Assembly (NCBI RefSeq): GCF_001194135.2
Contig: NC_068983.1
Coordinates: forward strand, 64,698,384 to 64,751,323
From: Octopus bimaculoides
Lineage: Eukaryota
DNA length: 52,940 nucleotides
Direction of reading: 5' to 3'
Shown: piece after piece, positions 51,373-52,940 of the stretch
How positions within the stretch are numbered: position 1 is the first letter of the stretch
Layout of the letters: every line of letters starts with the position of its first letter
Notes under the pieces: model-generated
Databases searched by the model: none
What the model saw: the letters and a program-made list of their open reading frames with translations, nothing else
What the model was told of the DNA's origin: nothing
Position numbers and translations under genes: made by a program

Positions 51373-51593
51373 TATATATATATATATATATATGTGTAAG
51401 TATATGNNNNNNNNNNNNNNNNNNNNNNNNNNNNNNNNNNNNNNNNNNNNNNNNNNNNNTATATATATATATATATATATATATTGTTGATGTCTTATGA
51501 TTTAGAAATATTTGTTCGAACAGTAAACCTTGAAGTATTTAAAGCTAGAAATGATACCAAGTAGATATTAATTATAAAGTTGATACTATTTCG

Positions 51594-51700
51594 TTGAAAG
51601 GTAAAGTCGACTTTGGCGGAAATTGAACTAATAACACAAAGACGGATGAAATGGTGCTAAGCATTATGTCTGTCGCCTTAACGAATCTGCTAGACCACCA
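51594..51700 (-). mobile_element. SINE 5' (tRNA head) fragment
   Basis: AAAGGTAAAGTCGACTTTGGCGGAAATTGAACT...GAAATGGTGCTAAGCATT...TAACGAATCTGC resembles the reverse-oriented head of an octopus SINE; contains a B-box-like GTTCAA on the minus strand. Confidence 0.55.
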
Positions 51701-52507
51701 CATTTATAACAAGTAAATATGGGTTTGAAGACTATTCACTTTCTCAATTAATTATTTACACACTGTTATTTATAGCTTTCATGATCAAATATTCCACGAG
51801 AATTGTACACACACACACACACAAATACCCAAGTATATATCTCAACATATATATGTCTGGTGTGTGCATATGTATAAATGCTTGTATATACACGAGTAGT
51901 AGACGGCAAGTGCAGTGGTAATCGTACTCCTAATTAATCGAACTAGGATAAATATAATTTTATTTGGGAAAAAGTTTAAGCTAAGATCATTCAAAGTAAA
52001 ATGTGGAATTTGAATCAATGTCATGAGCCTTTTATTTGGGTTGTGACGGGATAGAAGCAGTGAAGAAATTGTTCAACAAGTTTTAATGTGGTTGATTTTA
52101 ATGTATGATCTATTTCCTGATAACACACACTCAATATTTTAAATTGAGTCTGAAAATATATGTTACGGAACAATCACATTCATTCTTTGTTCATTTACAT
52201 CCACGTTTTCTCACCAGTTATCTATGTTACAGTTAGAAGCAACCACAATGCAACCCTTAAAAATGTTACCGAACAATTTAGTTTTTCAAGAACAATTCAG
52301 CTACACTTCATGATGATATCTTGGTCACAAACTCTAAATATGTCCATAAATATTAGATGCAGTTAATATCGAAATTAAAATTAAGTTTAAAATGAAATTA
52401 AAATGTAAAACTAAAAGATCCAAAACTAAAACAAAACATCAAATGTATAAATTATAATTTAAATAGTAAAACACTAAGATACTAAAAAAATTAAATTAAA
52501 ATATTAA

Positions 52508-52940
52508 GAAGCTATACATGAAGTGGACACAAACTCAACTGCTGGCCCTGATGGTTTCCCAGCAATCCTCCTTAAATCGTGTAAGCATGTCCTGGCAAAA
52601 CCCCTCCAGATCCTCTTCCAGAGCTTTCTCGCAAATGGAAGACTGCCAAGCAAGCTGAAGGAGGGAATAATATGCCCAATCCATAAAGGGGGAAGCACAG
52701 CAGATGCCAAAAACTATAGGCCTATCTCTCTGACTTCACACATCAGCAAAGTCATGGAAAGAATAGCCAGAGGAAAACTAATCGCATTCCTTGAAGAAAA
52801 TAAATTGCTGAGTGATACCCAACATGGCTTTCGACCAGGTAGGTGCTGCCTGACCCAGCTCTTACAACATTACGACTGGGAGTTGAGGCAGTTACTCAAC
52901 AACTCAAATGCGGACGTAATATACCTTGATTTTGCAAAAG
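52508..52940 (+). mobile_element. CR1/L2/Jockey-group LINE reverse transcriptase fragment, 5'-truncated, continuing beyond the window
   Basis: Uninterrupted 144-codon frame without an ATG start: EAIHEVDTNSTAGPDGFPAILLK...IICPIHKGG...KNYRPISLTSHISKVMERI...QHGFRPGRCCLTQLL...DVIYLDFAK. Confidence 0.95.

Overview
AT-rich eukaryotic DNA from a gappy short-read scaffold, with 14 N-gaps, most of them flanked by microsatellites. The repeat families and microsatellite load suggest a coleoid cephalopod, probably Octopus; this is inference from recalled repeat families, not a database match. No host protein-coding gene can be confidently identified, and most ORFs in the track are microsatellite or N-gap artefacts. 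The window is mainly decayed mobile DNA: three R4/Dong-type (restriction-like endonuclease) LINE fragments, two L1/Tx1 fragments, a CR1-like RT fragment with an open frame at the window end, a probable LINE ORF1 with CCCH fingers, an internally deleted Helitron with both ends, two Tc1/mariner derivatives, tRNA-derived SINEs, Penelope-like remnants and a possible solo LTR. Most notable: (1) a tRNA-headed SINE whose tail carries a Penelope-type minimal hammerhead ribozyme motif (two copies); (2) a Dong-like LINE 3' end inserted in that SINE's internal (AAT)n tract; (3) further decayed hammerhead-like motifs in other Penelope-like remnants; (4) five long fold-back structures, including a mariner built from two left ends.
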